Shown: in pieces, positions 63,726 to 64,000 of the stretch
Numbering within the stretch: position 1 is the stretch's first letter
How the letters are laid out: each line of letters begins with the position of its first letter
Assembly: GCA_964016885.1 (NCBI GenBank)
Contig: OZ024746.1
Span: forward strand, 92,132,001 to 92,196,000
Source: Eledone cirrhosa
Taxonomy: Eukaryota
Direction: 5' to 3'
DNA: 64,000 nt
Position numbers and translations under genes: made by a program
The notes under the pieces: model-generated
The model's input: only the letters and a program-made list of their open reading frames with translations
Told to the model about the DNA's origin: nothing
Database searches by the model: none

Positions 63726-64000
63726 CATGTTGACATCTCTTGCAAAACTGTTGGTGCTGGTGTTTTGTGTATGATTTATTTTTTAGAAAAATGTATGATG
63801 GAGCGTGTCTACTAGAAATGGAAAAAAAAACGTTTTGTAAAAAGAGCTATACTTGTGCACAAACGTAGGGATGTATGTGTGTGTGTTATTATACGTCCAT
63901 ACAAAGCTAAGAAGAAATGTGTGTGTATATGTGAGTAAAAGAGTGTGTGTGCATGTAAGTACGAAGCTATGAGCCAAAGTATGTTAATATAAGGGTGTGT

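Overview
This is eukaryotic (metazoan) DNA, AT-rich and saturated with repeats. The SINE, RTE and microsatellite landscape looks like an octopus or other coleoid cephalopod genome (inference). The only host gene I can support is three phase-compatible + strand exons (350-545, 6267-6382, 15978-16032) encoding the C-terminal part of a CSTPP1/C11orf49-like protein. Nearly everything else is mobile or tandem DNA: (1) an intact, apparently young RTE-clade LINE on the - strand (ORF 57263-60382: APE endonuclease + RT with a PHD-type finger inside the RT) whose 5' end carries about 7.7 tandem ~408-bp monomers; (2) a near-identical 5'-truncated copy and many decayed RTE fragments from at least three families; (3) tRNA-derived SINEs; (4) a deleted DD37D (maT) transposon, a mariner-type MITE and TTAA-flanked piggyBac-like MITEs; (5) CR1/L2-like and gag-like relics and a Penelope GIY-YIG fragment; (6) six minisatellite or satellite arrays. 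The most notable unannotated structure is a dispersed set of at least 8 loci with minimal type-I hammerhead ribozymes, several inside long fold-back palindromes in (TA)n tracts. A second notable result is that an 81-bp satellite was amplified out of an RTE coding region. Most ORFs in the supplied track are microsatellite or antisense artefacts. All alignments and folds were done by eye.
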